DNA from: Alphaproteobacteria bacterium
GTDB taxonomy: Bacteria > Pseudomonadota > Alphaproteobacteria > MPNO01
DNA length: 64,000 nucleotides
Assembly: GCA_965248835.1 (NCBI GenBank)
Contig: CBDFLJ010000001.1
Span: 992,001-1,056,000, forward strand
Reading direction: 5' to 3'
Within the stretch, counting starts at the first letter, position 1, and each line of letters opens with the position of its first letter. The translations under genes were made by a program, and so were the position numbers. Below the pieces are notes generated by a model. It was not told the DNA's origin. It worked only from the letters and a program-made list of their open reading frames with translations, and did not search any database. Positions 50,042 through 62,504 of this stretch are shown piece after piece.

Positions 50042-50947
50042 ATGAACGAACCTGCAGAGCCTAGAAGGCCCCGTAGCAACGGGGCCGCAACCGAAACCAC
50101 GGTTCCGACGACGGGCTTGCGCCACTGGCTGCGGCGGTTGTTCCGCGGCCGCAACGGCGCAGAGTCGCTGCGCGACACCATCGAGGAGCTGATCGAGCAG
50201 GGCGAGCAGACCGACATCGAAGCCGAGGACGAGATCGTCTTCGTCCGCAACATCCTGCGGCTGCGCGACCTGACGGCCGATGACATCATGGTGCCGCGCG
50301 CCGACATCGTCGCGGTGGACATCGAAACCCCGCTGACCGAGCTGGTCGAGCGCATGAGCGGGTCCGCCCATTCCCGCATGCCGGTCTACCGCGACACCCT
50401 CGATGACGCGCTCGGCATGGTCCACATCAAGGACGTCTTCGCCTGGCGCGAGTCCGGCGGGCCGTTCAAGATCCAGACCATCCTGCGGCGCATCCTGTTC
50501 GTGGCGCCGTCGATGCCGATCCTCGAGCTGCTGCTGCAGATGCGCGTCAGCCGCACCCACATGGCCCTGGTGGTCGACGAGTTCGGCGGCACCGACGGGC
50601 TGATCACGATCGAGGACCTGGTCGAGGAGATCGTCGGCGAGATCCAGGACGAGCACGACTCCGAGATCGCGCCGGCGATGATCGATTCGCCGGACGGCTC
50701 GATCGAAGCCGACGCACGGGTCGAGATCGAGGACTTCGAGACCAAGGTCGGTGCCCTGCTGACCGCCGAGGAACAGGACGCCGATATCGACACGCTGGGC
50801 GGGCTGGTGTTCGCTTTGGCCGGCCGTGTGCCCGCCCGCGGCGAAGTGATCCGCCACCCCTCCGGTGCGGAGTTCGAGGTGCTCGACGCTGACCCGAGGC
50901 GGATAAAGCGGCTGCGGATATGCCGCCCGCCGAAACCGGCCGTCTGA
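50042..50947 (+). CDS. corC: CBS/CorC-HlyC domain protein
   Basis: MVPRADI, HSRMPVY, VVDEFGGTDGLITIED and DTLGG motifs. Confidence 0.9.
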   Translation: MNEPAEPRRPRSNGAATETTVPTTGLRHWLRRLFRGRNGAESLRDTIEELIEQGEQTDIEAEDEIVFVRNILRLRDLTADDIMVPRADIVAVDIETPLTELVERMSGSAHSRMPVYRDTLDDALGMVHIKDVFAWRESGGPFKIQTILRRILFVAPSMPILELLLQMRVSRTHMALVVDEFGGTDGLITIEDLVEEIVGEIQDEHDSEIAPAMIDSPDGSIEADARVEIEDFETKVGALLTAEEQDADIDTLGGLVFALAGRVPARGEVIRHPSGAEFEVLDADPRRIKRLRICRPPKPAV

Positions 50948-50985
50948 GCGCCGCCTGCATCGTCCTGTCGGCGTGGTGCGCCGGC

Positions 50986-52560
50986 ATGGCCCGCGGACTG
51001 GCGCAGCAGCGGGGCTGGCGTGCATGGCTGATCGCCTTTGTGTGCGGGCTGCTGGCGGCGGCTTCGCTGCCGCCGCTGAGTGTTGTGCCCGCGGTCTTCG
51101 TCGCCGCCACGGTGCTGGTCTGGCAGATCGACGGGGCATCGGGCTGGCGCCCGGCGCTGGCGTTGGGCTGGTGGTTCGGCCTCGGTCATTTCCTGGCCGG
51201 GACCTATTGGATCTCCAACGCGCTTCTGGTCGAGGCCGACCGCTTCTGGTGGATGATCCCGTTCGCGACGATCGGGCTTTCGGCCTATCTGGCGCTCTAT
51301 CCGGCGGCCGCGTGCGGGTTTGCCCGGTTGCTGCGGCCCGGCATCGCCCGCGTCGCCGGCCTGGCGCTGGCCTGGACGGCGATGGAGCTTTTGCGCGGCA
51401 TAGCGTTGACCGGGTTCCCGTGGAACCCGATCGGATCGATCTGGGCGGATTACCCGGCGATGATCCAGTCCGCGGCGCTGTTCGGCGTCTTCGGGCTGAG
51501 CCTGTGCACCATGGCCCTGGCCGCCGCACCCGCGCTTCTGGCGCGCGGTCCCGGCGCGGCGCGGACGGTGCCGGTCGGCATCGCCATGGTCCTCGCCGCC
51601 GCCTGGGCAGGGGGGGCAGCCCGGCTGGCCGGGGCCGGCGATGCGACCGTGCCCGGCGTCCGCCTGGCGATCGTCCAGCCCGACATCGACCAACGCGACA
51701 AGGTCCAGGCCGGGCTGCGCCGGCGGAACTTCGCGCGGCACGCGCGCATGACCTTCGACCGCGTCGGGCCCGGCGTCACCCATGTCATCTGGCCCGAAAC
51801 CGCCATCGGCCTGCCGATCGACCGCGTGCCTTCGGTCACCAGAGCGATCGCCGCGGCGATCCCCGACGGCGGTTGGCTGATCGCCGGCGCAGTCCGCGCC
51901 AGCCCGCCGGGCGAGTCGCCGGTCAGGGTATGGAACAGCCTGCATGCGTTTGATCGCCGGGGGCAGGTGGTGGCAAGCTACGACAAGGCGCACTTGGTGC
52001 CGTTCGGCGAGTATGTTCCGCTCAGATCGATCCTCGGTTTCGCCAAAGTGGCCGGCGGCAGGATGGATTTCTCCGCCGGGCCCGGCCCGCGCACCCTGGA
52101 AATGCCCGGCGCGCCGCCGTTCGGCGCGCTGATCTGCTACGAGGCGATCTTCCCCGGCGCGGTCGTCGGCCCCGGCCGGCGGCCGGCGTGGCTGGTCAAT
52201 CTCACCAATGACGGCTGGTTCGGTGCCAGCGCCGGTCCGCACCAGCATTTTGCCGGCGCCCGGCTGCGCGCAGTCGAGGAAGGGATCCCCGTCGTCCGGG
52301 CGGCGAATTCGGGGATCTCCGGCGTCATCGACGCCCATGGCCGGACCCGCGCCAGCCTCGGCATCGGCCGCGCCGGCGTCCTGGAAGCCGCGCTCCCGGC
52401 GGCCCTGCCCAGCTCGACACCGTTTTCGTGGCTCGCCAATGTCCCGGTCGCGATCCTGTCGTTTTTCGGAGCGGCCATGCTGTTCTGGCGCGCCAGGGCG
52501 GCCCCGCGGAAGTCGCCAACCGAGGAGTCGCCGCGCGCGGATGGGATGGAATCCGGATAG
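50986..52560 (+). CDS. lnt: Apolipoprotein N-acyltransferase
   Basis: GFPW, WPET, YDKAHLVPFGEY, ICYE, TNDGWF and NSGIS motifs; start uncertain (50920-50986). Confidence 0.95.
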   Translation: MARGLAQQRGWRAWLIAFVCGLLAAASLPPLSVVPAVFVAATVLVWQIDGASGWRPALALGWWFGLGHFLAGTYWISNALLVEADRFWWMIPFATIGLSAYLALYPAAACGFARLLRPGIARVAGLALAWTAMELLRGIALTGFPWNPIGSIWADYPAMIQSAALFGVFGLSLCTMALAAAPALLARGPGAARTVPVGIAMVLAAAWAGGAARLAGAGDATVPGVRLAIVQPDIDQRDKVQAGLRRRNFARHARMTFDRVGPGVTHVIWPETAIGLPIDRVPSVTRAIAAAIPDGGWLIAGAVRASPPGESPVRVWNSLHAFDRRGQVVASYDKAHLVPFGEYVPLRSILGFAKVAGGRMDFSAGPGPRTLEMPGAPPFGALICYEAIFPGAVVGPGRRPAWLVNLTNDGWFGASAGPHQHFAGARLRAVEEGIPVVRAANSGISGVIDAHGRTRASLGIGRAGVLEAALPAALPSSTPFSWLANVPVAILSFFGAAMLFWRARAAPRKSPTEESPRADGMESG

Positions 52561-52589
52561 ACAAGACGAAGCCTCGTTGTCTACGTTTA

Positions 52590-52620
52590 AATCCTGCGCC
52601 GTGCGCAGGGTTCTTCTTTG
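52590..52620 (+). terminator. Probable intrinsic terminator after lnt
   Basis: Hairpin AATCCTGCGC-cgt-GCGCAGGGTT followed by T-rich cttcttt. Confidence 0.5.
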
Positions 52621-52714
52621 TGTTCCAGCAGTTTGAGCGGGTTACAGGCAGCGGCGCGGCGCCCGGTCGGCGACGCGGAAACAAAACAGGCAACAATGGG
52701 GGTATAAGGCGAAA

Positions 52715-53200
52715 ATGGTCGAAACGGACCGAGCGATGCAACGCGCTCGGACACGGGGCACGCGCCGACGATCGAATTCCATAGACGCCCACGTCGGCAG
52801 CCGGGTCAGAATGCGCCGTACGCTGCTCGGATTGAGCCAGGAAAAGCTGGGCGAAGCGCTTGGGCTGACCTTTCAGCAGGTTCAGAAATACGAGCGCGGC
52901 GCGAACCGTATCGGGGCGAGCCGTCTGTACCAGATAAGCCGGGTCCTCGAGGTCCCGGTCTCGTTCTTCTATGACGGGATGCCCGAGGCGGTCAGCGAGG
53001 CGGCATCCGGGTCGACGCCCCCCGGCCTTGCCGAGACCGCGGATCACCACGCGCACGACCCCCTGGCCAGGCGCGAGACGCTGGAGTTGGTCCGGGCCTA
53101 CTACAAGATCGTCGATCCGCGGGTCCGCCGCCGGTTGTTCGACCTGGTCAAGGCGGTCGCACGCGCGGAGGATCTGGAGGACTCGACAGCGGACGGTTGA
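52715..53200 (+). CDS. XRE-family HTH transcriptional regulator
   Basis: HVGSRVRMRR...SQEKLGEALGLTFQQVQKYERGANRI; usual position between lnt and metK. Confidence 0.93.
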   Translation: MVETDRAMQRARTRGTRRRSNSIDAHVGSRVRMRRTLLGLSQEKLGEALGLTFQQVQKYERGANRIGASRLYQISRVLEVPVSFFYDGMPEAVSEAASGSTPPGLAETADHHAHDPLARRETLELVRAYYKIVDPRVRRRLFDLVKAVARAEDLEDSTADG

Positions 53201-53407
53201 AGGCCGGTTTTCGAACCCGGTTGACGTCGGCTTCGAATCGCTGTCTAAACGGCCGCCCGGCCCTTCCGGCCGGCCGTTCCTGCATGACGGCGCAGCGACA
53301 GATTCGTATCGCGCGCCCTGCCGAGCGTCGATCCAGGGTCCGTCAGGAAGCCTTTGGAATACAACCGCCGGACGAGAGCCTCCACCAGCACCAAGGGGCG
53401 TGCACGA

Positions 53408-54577
<1,170 letters not shown>

Positions 54578-54596
54578 GGGCCAGCCGCCGCGACAT

Positions 54597-55325
54597 GTGA
54601 ACGCAGCCGCACCCCGACGCATCCTCTACGGCCGGCGCAAGGGCCGCCGGTTGCGCGCCGCCCAGCGCGGCGTGCTCGAAGACGCCGTCCCGAGGCTGCG
54701 GATCACCCCCCCGCCGGGCGAGGTACCGCTCGACCCACCGGCTCTTTTCGACCGCCAGGTCGACCAGGTGTGGCTGGAAATCGGCTTCGGCGCGGGCGAG
54801 CACCTGCTGGCCCAGGCGGCAGCCAACCCCGACATCGGCTTCATCGGCTGCGAACCCTATCTCAACGGCGTGGTCCGTCTGGCCAGCGGCCTGGATGCGG
54901 CGCGGGCAGGCAGGGTAAGGGTATGGCAGGACGACGCGCGGCTGTTGCTGGAACGCCTGCCCGAGCGGTCCTTGTCCCGGGTCTTCGTGCTGTTCCCCGA
55001 CCCCTGGCCCAAGACCCGCCACCACAAACGCCGCATCATCTGTCCGGCGGTGCTGGGTCATCTCGCCCGGACGATGCGCGCCGACGCCGAGCTTCGTATC
55101 GCGACCGACGATCGAGGCTATCTGATATGGATCCTCGAACACCTTCAGCGCTGCGCCGACTTTGCCTGGACGGCCCGCGCGCCGGCGGATTGGCGCGACA
55201 GGCCGGACGACTGGCCGGCGACCCGATACGAGCGAAAGGCCGTCGCCGCAGGCCGGCACTGCATTTATTTGCGCTATCGCCGCATCGCGGCACCGGGCGC
55301 CGACCGGCTCCCAGAATCTCCTTGA
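54597..55325 (+). CDS. trmB: tRNA (guanine-N7)-methyltransferase
   Basis: LEIGFGAG, FPDPWPK.RHHKRR, ATD and TRYE motifs. Confidence 0.96.
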   Translation: MNAAAPRRILYGRRKGRRLRAAQRGVLEDAVPRLRITPPPGEVPLDPPALFDRQVDQVWLEIGFGAGEHLLAQAAANPDIGFIGCEPYLNGVVRLASGLDAARAGRVRVWQDDARLLLERLPERSLSRVFVLFPDPWPKTRHHKRRIICPAVLGHLARTMRADAELRIATDDRGYLIWILEHLQRCADFAWTARAPADWRDRPDDWPATRYERKAVAAGRHCIYLRYRRIAAPGADRLPESP

Positions 55326-55384
55326 AAAACTGCCGCCGGGCGCTTAGGTTCGAACCGCGTTGGAACATCGACGTGGCACAAGAA

Positions 55385-55415
55385 GAAAGTGGGCCCGCCG
55401 CCCGCTTTTTTTTGT
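55385..55415 (+). promoter_or_regulatory. rimP-leader terminator/attenuator-like hairpin
   Basis: AAAGTGGG-cccgccg-CCCGCTTT plus an 8-T run directly upstream of rimP, where such a leader is known to be conserved. Confidence 0.65.
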
Positions 55416-55439
55416 TCCCGGCCGCGGCGCTGCCGGGCG

Positions 55440-55961
55440 ATGCTTATGGAACCGGGGCTTGGAGACGACTTGCTGGCGATTGAGGCGCTCGAACGGCTGG
55501 TGGAGCCGCCGCTGGACGGTCTGGGCTACGATCTGGTCCGGGTCCGGCTCGACGGTGGCGCCGCGCAGACCCTGCAGATCATGGCCGAGCGCAAGGACCG
55601 GGCCGAGATGAGGGTCGAGGACTGTGCCGAGATCTCGCGCGCGGTCTCCGCGCTGCTCGATGTGGAGGACCCGATCCCGGGAGCCTATACGTTGGAGGTT
55701 TCCTCGCCCGGCCTCGCCCGGCCGCTGGTCCGGCTGTCGGACTACGACAGGTTCAGCGGGCGTGAGGCGCGTGTGGAGACCTGGCAGCCGATCGAGGGCC
55801 GCAGGCGTTTCAAGGGCCGGCTTGCCGGCGTGCGCGGGCAGAGTGTGCTGATGATGTGCGAGGGCGTGGAGCGCGAGATACCGTTCGAGCGCGTCGCGCG
55901 TGGAAAACTGCTGCTGACCGATGCGCTGGTCGCCGCAGCGATGAAGGGGCAACACGGGTAG
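55440..55961 (+). CDS. rimP: Ribosome maturation factor RimP
   Basis: TLQIMAE, DCAEISR..SALLDVEDPI...Y.LEVSSPG motifs. Confidence 0.95.
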   Translation: MLMEPGLGDDLLAIEALERLVEPPLDGLGYDLVRVRLDGGAAQTLQIMAERKDRAEMRVEDCAEISRAVSALLDVEDPIPGAYTLEVSSPGLARPLVRLSDYDRFSGREARVETWQPIEGRRRFKGRLAGVRGQSVLMMCEGVEREIPFERVARGKLLLTDALVAAAMKGQHG

Positions 55962-55966
55962 TCGCA

Positions 55967-57577
55967 ATGAATATGGATGCTGTACCGTCCGCCGGGATCG
56001 ACCGGCTCGAGATCCTCCAGGTCGCCGATGCCGTCGCGCGAGAGAAACTGATCGAGCGCGACGAGGTGCTCGAGGCCATGGAGCAGGCGATTCAGAAGGC
56101 GGCGCGATCGAAATACGGCCAGGAGCACGACGTCAGGGCCCAGATCGACCGCAAGACCGGGGACATCAAGCTCGCCCGGTTCCTTGAGGTCGTCGAGGAG
56201 ATCGAGAACGAGATCACCCAACTCACCCTCGATCAGGCGCGGCGCAAGAAGCCCGATGCCGAGCTTGGCGAGTTCCTGGTCGACCCGTTGCCACCGATCG
56301 ACTTCGGCCGGATCGCCGCCCAGACCGCCAAACAGGTCATCGTTCAGCGGGTGCGCGATGCCGAGCGCCAGCAGCAGTTCGACGAGTACAAGGGCCGGGC
56401 CGGCGAGATCGTCAACGGCATCGTCAAGCGGGTCGAGTTCGGCAATCTGACCGTCGATCTCGGCCGCGCCGAGGCGGTGCTACGCCGCGACGAGATGATC
56501 CCGCGCGAGTCCTTCCGCGCCGGCGACAGGGTGCGCGCCTACATCTACGACGTGCGCCAGGAACCGCGCGGGCCGCAGATCTTCCTGTCGCGCACGCGAC
56601 CGGAGTTCATGGCCAAGCTGTTCGGCCAGGAGGTGCCGGAGATCTATGACCACATCATCGAGATCAAGGCGGTCGCCCGCGACCCGGGCAGCCGGGCCAA
56701 GATCGCGGTGCTGTCCAACGATTCCAGCATCGACCCGGTGGGCGCCTGCGTCGGCATGCGGGGCAGCCGCGTCCAGGCGGTCGTCGGCGAGCTGCAGGGC
56801 GAGAAGATCGACATCATCCAATGGAACCGCGATCCGGCGACGTTCATCGTCAACGCCCTGGCACCGGCCGAGGTCGCCAAGGTGGTCCTCGACGAGGAGC
56901 AGAGCCGGATCGAGGTCGTGGTGCCCGACGACCAGCTCAGCCTTGCGATCGGCCGGCGCGGCCAGAATGTGCGCCTGGCATCGCAGCTCACCCAGTGGGA
57001 GATCGCGATCCTCACCGAGGACGAGGAGTCCGAGCGACGGCAGGAGGAATTCCGCACCCGCTCGCAGATGTTCATCGATGCGCTGGACGTCGATGACGTG
57101 CTCGCCCATCTGATGGTCGCCGAAGGATTCTCCACGGTCGAGGAGGTCGCCTTCGTGCCGATGGTCGATCTGTTGAACATCGAGGGCTTCGACCAGGACC
57201 TGACCGATGAGCTGCGCGACCGCGCCCGCCAGTACCTGGTCGAGGAGGAGGAGCGCCAGACCAAGCGCCGCCACGAGCTGGGGGTCGCCGACGAACTGGC
57301 CGAGATTGCCGGGCTCAGCGCGGCGATGCTGGTCACCCTGGGCGAGGCGGGAATCAGGACGCGCGACGACTTCGCCGACCTGTCGGTCGATGAGGTGATC
57401 GATGTCGATGAAGGGGTCTTGCGCGGGTACGGGTTGAACGAGCCCGAGGCCAGCGATCTGATCATGGCCGCCCGCGCCCATTGGTTCGCGGACGACGAGG
57501 CGCCGCCGGCCGAAGCGGTCGAGGATGGCGCGCAGGCCGAGACCGCGGCCGCATCCACCACCGATCCCATGGCCTGA
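55967..57577 (+). CDS. nusA: Transcription factor NusA
   Basis: FGRIAAQTAKQ, ARDPGSRAK, GACVGMRGSRV and AIGRRGQNV motifs. Confidence 0.98.
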   Translation: MNMDAVPSAGIDRLEILQVADAVAREKLIERDEVLEAMEQAIQKAARSKYGQEHDVRAQIDRKTGDIKLARFLEVVEEIENEITQLTLDQARRKKPDAELGEFLVDPLPPIDFGRIAAQTAKQVIVQRVRDAERQQQFDEYKGRAGEIVNGIVKRVEFGNLTVDLGRAEAVLRRDEMIPRESFRAGDRVRAYIYDVRQEPRGPQIFLSRTRPEFMAKLFGQEVPEIYDHIIEIKAVARDPGSRAKIAVLSNDSSIDPVGACVGMRGSRVQAVVGELQGEKIDIIQWNRDPATFIVNALAPAEVAKVVLDEEQSRIEVVVPDDQLSLAIGRRGQNVRLASQLTQWEIAILTEDEESERRQEEFRTRSQMFIDALDVDDVLAHLMVAEGFSTVEEVAFVPMVDLLNIEGFDQDLTDELRDRARQYLVEEEERQTKRRHELGVADELAEIAGLSAAMLVTLGEAGIRTRDDFADLSVDEVIDVDEGVLRGYGLNEPEASDLIMAARAHWFADDEAPPAEAVEDGAQAETAAASTTDPMA

Positions 57578-57604
57578 CGCCGGCCGGGTCGGGAGCAGGA
57601 TTAG

Positions 57605-58207
57605 GTGCAGGAACTGGACGTGACCGAGCCCGCGAAATCGCCTCAGCGGCGGTGCCTGGTCACCCGCCGGAGCCTGCCGCGCGAGGCCATGGTGCGGTTC
57701 GTGCCGGGCCCCGACGGGGTGATCGTTCCCGATGTCGCCGCGCGCCTGCCCGGTCGCGGATTGTGGCTGCAATCACGCCGCGATATAGTCGAGCGCGCGG
57801 CGGCGGCGAATGCGTTCGCCAAGGCGGCGCGGCGCGATGTCGGGGTGCCCGAGGCGCTCGCCGACCAGGTCGAGCGGCTGCTGGCGGCGCGATGCGTCGA
57901 TCTCATCGGCCTCGCGCGCCGTGCGGGTCAGGCGTTGTCGGGTTTCGATACGGTACGACGTGCGTTGCAACGGGGCTGGGCGGCGTTGCTGGTCGTGGCC
58001 TCGGACGGGTCGCCGCGCGAGCGCAGCCGGATGCCGGCGGCAAACGCGCCAGGTCCGATCGTCGATGTCTTGAGTGCGGCGGAGCTCGGCGGGGTCTTCG
58101 GGCGCCCGCGGGTCGTTTACGCCGCGTTCTGCCACTGCCGGCTCGCAGGTCAATTTCGCCTCGAAGCCGCGCGGTTGGCGGGGTTTCGCTGTGCGCAGAA
58201 GAGTTGA
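57605..58207 (+). CDS. YlxR/DUF448 RNA-binding protein with L7Ae-like C-terminus
   Basis: RRCLVTR...MVRFV...LPGRGLW and GLARRAG motifs; lies between nusA and infB. Confidence 0.88.
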   Translation: MQELDVTEPAKSPQRRCLVTRRSLPREAMVRFVPGPDGVIVPDVAARLPGRGLWLQSRRDIVERAAAANAFAKAARRDVGVPEALADQVERLLAARCVDLIGLARRAGQALSGFDTVRRALQRGWAALLVVASDGSPRERSRMPAANAPGPIVDVLSAAELGGVFGRPRVVYAAFCHCRLAGQFRLEAARLAGFRCAQKS

Positions 58208-58213
58208 ACGGAC

Positions 58214-60826
58214 ATGAACGAACAGAAAGAAGAAACAACACCGAAGAAGAGGCTCGTCCTGTCGCGGCCCGGCCGGCTGGAGCTCAAGAAGACAGTCGAC
58301 GGCGGCCAGGTCCGGCAGAGCTTCTCGCACGGCCGGACCAAGTCGGTCGCCGTCGAGGTGCGCCGCAAGCGGACCTATACCCAGGCCGCCGACGGCGCGA
58401 TGACCGAAGTGAACGCTGCCCAGGAGGCGGCTGCCGAGGCGCTCAAGGTCGCCGGGAGCGAAGCTGCGGTCGACGCGCTGGTTGAAGACGAAAAGCGTAC
58501 ACCGCCGCGCGAGCTCACCGAGGGCGAGAAGGCCGCGCGGGCACGGGCGCTGTCGGGCTTGAAGCACCAGGAAGCCGAGGACGATGCGCGGCGCGAGGTC
58601 GAGGAGGAGCGCGCCCGCGCCGAGGCGGAAACTGCGCGGCTCGCCGAGGAACAGCACCGTCGCACCGAAGTGGAAGAGGAAGCCAAGAGGCGGGAATCGG
58701 GCGATGCCGCGGAGTCTGCCGCAGCGCCGCCGGCCGAGCCCGAGGGTCTCGTGCAGGACCACCAGGCGATCGCCGAGGCGCAGGCCGCGAAGCCCGAGAC
58801 CGGAAGCCAGCCTGCGGCCCGGGCGGGCGAGCCTGCGACTCCGTCGGAAGCCGACGAGGACGGCGAGCGCGGCCGCGGCCGCAGGACCGGACGAGTCGAG
58901 CCGCGCCGGCCGCCGGCGAAACGGGGTGAGCCCAAGCGCCGCGCCGGCCGGCTTACCATCGCCCAGGCGCTCAACGAGGAGGAGCGCGTGCGCAGCCTCG
59001 CCTCGTTGCGGCGGCTGCGCGAGCGCGAGAAGCGCGCCCAGCGCAATTTGGGCGAGCCGGCCGCCAAGATCGTTCGCGACGTCGTGCTGCCCGAGACGAT
59101 CACCGTCCAGGATCTCGCAAACCGGATGGCTCAGCGCAGCGCCGATGTCATCAAGGCGCTGACGAAGCTCAACGTGATGGCAACCATCAATCAGGCGGTC
59201 GATGCGGACACCGCCGAACTCGTCGTCGCCGAGTTCGGGCACAAGGCCAAGCGGGTCAGCGATGCCGACGTGGAGATCGGCCTCATGGGCGAAGAAGATC
59301 CAGACACCGACAAGCTTCCGCGCCCGCCGGTGGTCACCGTGATGGGCCACGTCGATCACGGCAAGACCTCGCTGCTGGATGCGATCCGCAACACATCGGT
59401 GGTCTCCGGCGAGGCCGGCGGCATCACCCAGCATATCGGCGCCTATCAGGTCCACCTGGACCGCGGCGAGCCGATCACCTTCATCGACACCCCGGGCCAT
59501 GCGGCCTTCACCGCCATGCGGGCCCGCGGCGCCAACGCCACCGACATCGTGGTCCTGGTGGTGGCCGCCGATGACGGCGTGATGCCGCAGACGATCGAGG
59601 CGATCGACCACGCCAAGGCAGCCGGCGTGCCGATCATTGTCGCGGTCAACAAGATCGACCGGCCCAACGCCGATCCCACGAGGGTGCGCAACGAGCTGCT
59701 CCAGCACGAGCTGGTGGTCGAGGAGTTCGGCGGCGAAGTGCTGTCGGTCGAAGTCTCGGCGACCGAAGGGACCAACCTGGACAAGTTGCTGGAGACGATC
59801 CTGCTGCAGGCGGAGCTCCTGGAGCTCAAGGCCAACCCGAACCGCTCAGCGGAGGGCGTGATCGTGGAGTCCAGGCTTGAGCGCGGGCGCGGACCGGTGA
59901 CCACCCTGCTGGTCCAGCGCGGTACGCTGCGCGCCGGCGAAATCGTCGTCGCCGGCCAGGAATGGGGCCGGATACGGGCGATCTTCGATGACACCGGCGG
60001 GCAGATCGACAACGCCGGACCGGCGCGGCCGGTCGAGATCCTGGGGCTCGGCGGCACGCCGAACGCGGGCGAGGCGTTCGGCGTCGTCGAGAACGAGGCC
60101 CGCGCGCGCGAGATCACCGAGTTCCGCGCCCGCCGCGAGCGCGAGTCCAGGGTGAAGATGGCCAGCCGCGGTACCATGGAGCAGATCTTCGAGAGCTTCG
60201 GCAAGGAAGAGACCAAAGAGTTCGCCATCGTCATCAAGGCGGACGTGCAGGGGTCGGTCGAAGCGATCAGGGCGGCCGCCGAGAAGCTTTCCAACGAGGA
60301 GGTCGCGGTCCGCATCCTTCATGCCGGCGTCGGCGGGATCAACGAATCCGACATCACGCTGGCCAAGGCCTCGAACGCCATCGTCTTAGGCTTCAATGTC
60401 CGCGCCAATCCGCAGGCCCGCGCGATGGCCGATCAGGACCATGTCGAGGTGCGCTACTACGCCGTGATCTACGACGTGCTCGACGACATCAAGGCGGTTT
60501 TGAGCGGGATGCTGTCGCCGATCAAGCGCGAGCACTTCTTGGGCAACGCGGAGATCCTCCAGGTCTTCAACATCTCCAAGCTCGGCCGCGTCGCCGGGTG
60601 CCGGGTGAGCGAGGGGCTGGTGCGCCGGGGCGCGCGGGTGCGCCTGCTGCGCGACAACGTGGTGATCCACGAGGGCACGCTGTCGACGCTGCGCCGGTTC
60701 AAGGACGAGGTGCGCGAGGTCCGCGACGGGCTGGAATGCGGCATGGGGTTCGAACACTACCAGGATCTCAAGGAGCACGACGTCATCGAGTGCTTCGAGG
60801 TCGAGGAGGTCGCCCGAACGCTGTAA
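58214..60826 (+). CDS. infB: Translation initiation factor IF-2
   Basis: [33 protein letters not shown] and NKID motifs. Confidence 0.98.
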   Translation: MNEQKEETTPKKRLVLSRPGRLELKKTVDGGQVRQSFSHGRTKSVAVEVRRKRTYTQAADGAMTEVNAAQEAAAEALKVAGSEAAVDALVEDEKRTPPRELTEGEKAARARALSGLKHQEAEDDARREVEEERARAEAETARLAEEQHRRTEVEEEAKRRESGDAAESAAAPPAEPEGLVQDHQAIAEAQAAKPETGSQPAARAGEPATPSEADEDGERGRGRRTGRVEPRRPPAKRGEPKRRAGRLTIAQALNEEERVRSLASLRRLREREKRAQRNLGEPAAKIVRDVVLPETITVQDLANRMAQRSADVIKALTKLNVMATINQAVDADTAELVVAEFGHKAKRVSDADVEIGLMGEEDPDTDKLPRPPVVTVMGHVDHGKTSLLDAIRNTSVVSGEAGGITQHIGAYQVHLDRGEPITFIDTPGHAAFTAMRARGANATDIVVLVVAADDGVMPQTIEAIDHAKAAGVPIIVAVNKIDRPNADPTRVRNELLQHELVVEEFGGEVLSVEVSATEGTNLDKLLETILLQAELLELKANPNRSAEGVIVESRLERGRGPVTTLLVQRGTLRAGEIVVAGQEWGRIRAIFDDTGGQIDNAGPARPVEILGLGGTPNAGEAFGVVENEARAREITEFRARRERESRVKMASRGTMEQIFESFGKEETKEFAIVIKADVQGSVEAIRAAAEKLSNEEVAVRILHAGVGGINESDITLAKASNAIVLGFNVRANPQARAMADQDHVEVRYYAVIYDVLDDIKAVLSGMLSPIKREHFLGNAEILQVFNISKLGRVAGCRVSEGLVRRGARVRLLRDNVVIHEGTLSTLRRFKDEVREVRDGLECGMGFEHYQDLKEHDVIECFEVEEVARTL

Positions 60827-60866
60827 GGCGGTCGGGCGCCGGCCGGTTGCGGCAGGGTATCGGGGC

Positions 60867-61301
60867 ATGAAAGCGCGCAAGCCGTCCGGGCCGGGCCGGT
60901 CGGGAGAGGCTCGCGGCCCTTCGCAGCGCCAACTCCGCGTCGGCGAGTCCATGCGCCACGTCCTGTCTTCCATCCTCGAGCGCGATGCTTTTCACGATCC
61001 GGACCTCGCCGGGGTCTCGATCACGGTAACCGAGGTGGCGATGTCACCCGACCTGCGGATCGCGACGGCCCACGTGATGCCACTCGGCGGCGAGGACGGC
61101 GGGCGCATCGTTGAAGCGCTCAACCGCGCGTCGCCGGCCGTCCGCCGGCTGCTGGCGCCGACGAACACGCTGCGGTTCCTGCCCGCGGTGCGGTTTGCGC
61201 TCGATACGACCTTCGACCAGGCCGAACGGATCGAGGCGCTGCTCGCCAGGGCGCGGGCCGGGCGCCCGACCTCTGGCCCGGACGGCACCGATGGCCCGTA
61301 G
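60867..61301 (+). CDS. rbfA: 30S ribosome-binding factor A
   Basis: SQRQLRVGE, TVTEV.MSPDL and F..D.TFD motifs. Confidence 0.95.
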   Translation: MKARKPSGPGRSGEARGPSQRQLRVGESMRHVLSSILERDAFHDPDLAGVSITVTEVAMSPDLRIATAHVMPLGGEDGGRIVEALNRASPAVRRLLAPTNTLRFLPAVRFALDTTFDQAERIEALLARARAGRPTSGPDGTDGP

Positions 61302-62220
61302 GCGCGGGGGCCGGCCGATCCACGGCTGGGTGGTCATCGACAAGCCCGCCGGCATGTCCTCGGCCCGGGTCGTCGCCAGGGTCCGCGGCCTGACCGAGGC
61401 GGCAAAGGCCGGCCATGCCGGGACGCTCGATCCACTGGCCACCGGCGTCCTGCCGATCGCGCTCGGCGAGGCAACCAAGACCGTGGCCTGGGTGATCGAC
61501 GGCCGCAAGCGCTATCGCTTCACCATCCGCTGGGGCGAGGCGCGCGATACCGACGACGCCGAGGGCGCGGTGATCGCGACCAGCGACCTGCGGCCCGGCG
61601 CCGCGGCGATCACCGCGGCGTTGCCCGCTTTCCGCGGCACCGTCGTCCAGCGTCCGCCGCGCTATTCCGCGATCAAGCTCGCGGGCCAACGGTCCTACGC
61701 GTTGGCCCGCGCGAAGGCCGACGCCGAACCGCCGCCGCGCGCGGTCGAGGTCGATGCGCTGGATCTGGTCGCGGTCATCGACGCGGACCACGCGGTCTTC
61801 GAGATGCGCTGCGGCAAGGGCACCTATGTCAGAAGCATCGCCCGCGACCTCGCCCGGGCTCTGGGCGGGGTGGGCCATGTCGCGGAACTCAGGCGCCTGG
61901 CGGTCGGCCGCTTTTCCGCCGAGGCCGCGATTTCGCTAGATAAACTCGAAGCGCTCGTGCATATTGCGCCGCCGCAGGATTACCTGCTGCCGATCGAGAC
62001 GGCGCTGGACGACATCCCGGCGCTCGCCCTGTCGGAGACGCAGGCCTCCTTGCTCAGGCATGGACGACCGGTACGGATCGAGGCCGCAGGCCGCAGGTCC
62101 GTCGCTGCCGAGGGGCTCGGCGAAGGCGCGATCGTCTTCGTGCTCGCCGGCGGCAGGCCGGTCGCGCTGGCGCGCATCGAGCGTGGCGAGATCCGCCCGA
62201 CGCGCGTGCTCAACCTTTGA
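61291..62220 (+). CDS. truB: tRNA pseudouridine(55) synthase
   Basis: [26 protein letters not shown] and CGKGTYVRS motifs. Confidence 0.97.
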   Translation: MARRRGGRPIHGWVVIDKPAGMSSARVVARVRGLTEAAKAGHAGTLDPLATGVLPIALGEATKTVAWVIDGRKRYRFTIRWGEARDTDDAEGAVIATSDLRPGAAAITAALPAFRGTVVQRPPRYSAIKLAGQRSYALARAKADAEPPPRAVEVDALDLVAVIDADHAVFEMRCGKGTYVRSIARDLARALGGVGHVAELRRLAVGRFSAEAAISLDKLEALVHIAPPQDYLLPIETALDDIPALALSETQASLLRHGRPVRIEAAGRRSVAAEGLGEGAIVFVLAGGRPVALARIERGEIRPTRVLNL

Positions 62221-62234
62221 AGTCGGAGTCTACG

Positions 62235-62504
62235 ATGTCGATCACTTCCGCTCGCAAGGCCGAGCTCGTTACCGAATACGCAACCGCTCCCGCCGATACC
62301 GGCTCGCCCGAGGTCCAGGTCGCGATCCTGTCCGAGAGGATCCGGAACCTCACCGAGCACCTGAAGGAGCACAAGAAGGATTCCCATTCCCGCCGCGGGC
62401 TTTTGATGATGGTCGGCCAGCGGCGGCGGCTGCTCGATTATCTCAAGCGCAAAGACCAGCCCCGCTACACCGCGCTCATCGGGCGGCTCGGACTCAGGCG
62501 CTGA
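62235..62504 (+). CDS. rpsO: 30S ribosomal protein S15
   Basis: [12 protein letters not shown] and [11 protein letters not shown] motifs. Confidence 0.98.
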   Translation: MSITSARKAELVTEYATAPADTGSPEVQVAILSERIRNLTEHLKEHKKDSHSRRGLLMMVGQRRRLLDYLKRKDQPRYTALIGRLGLRR

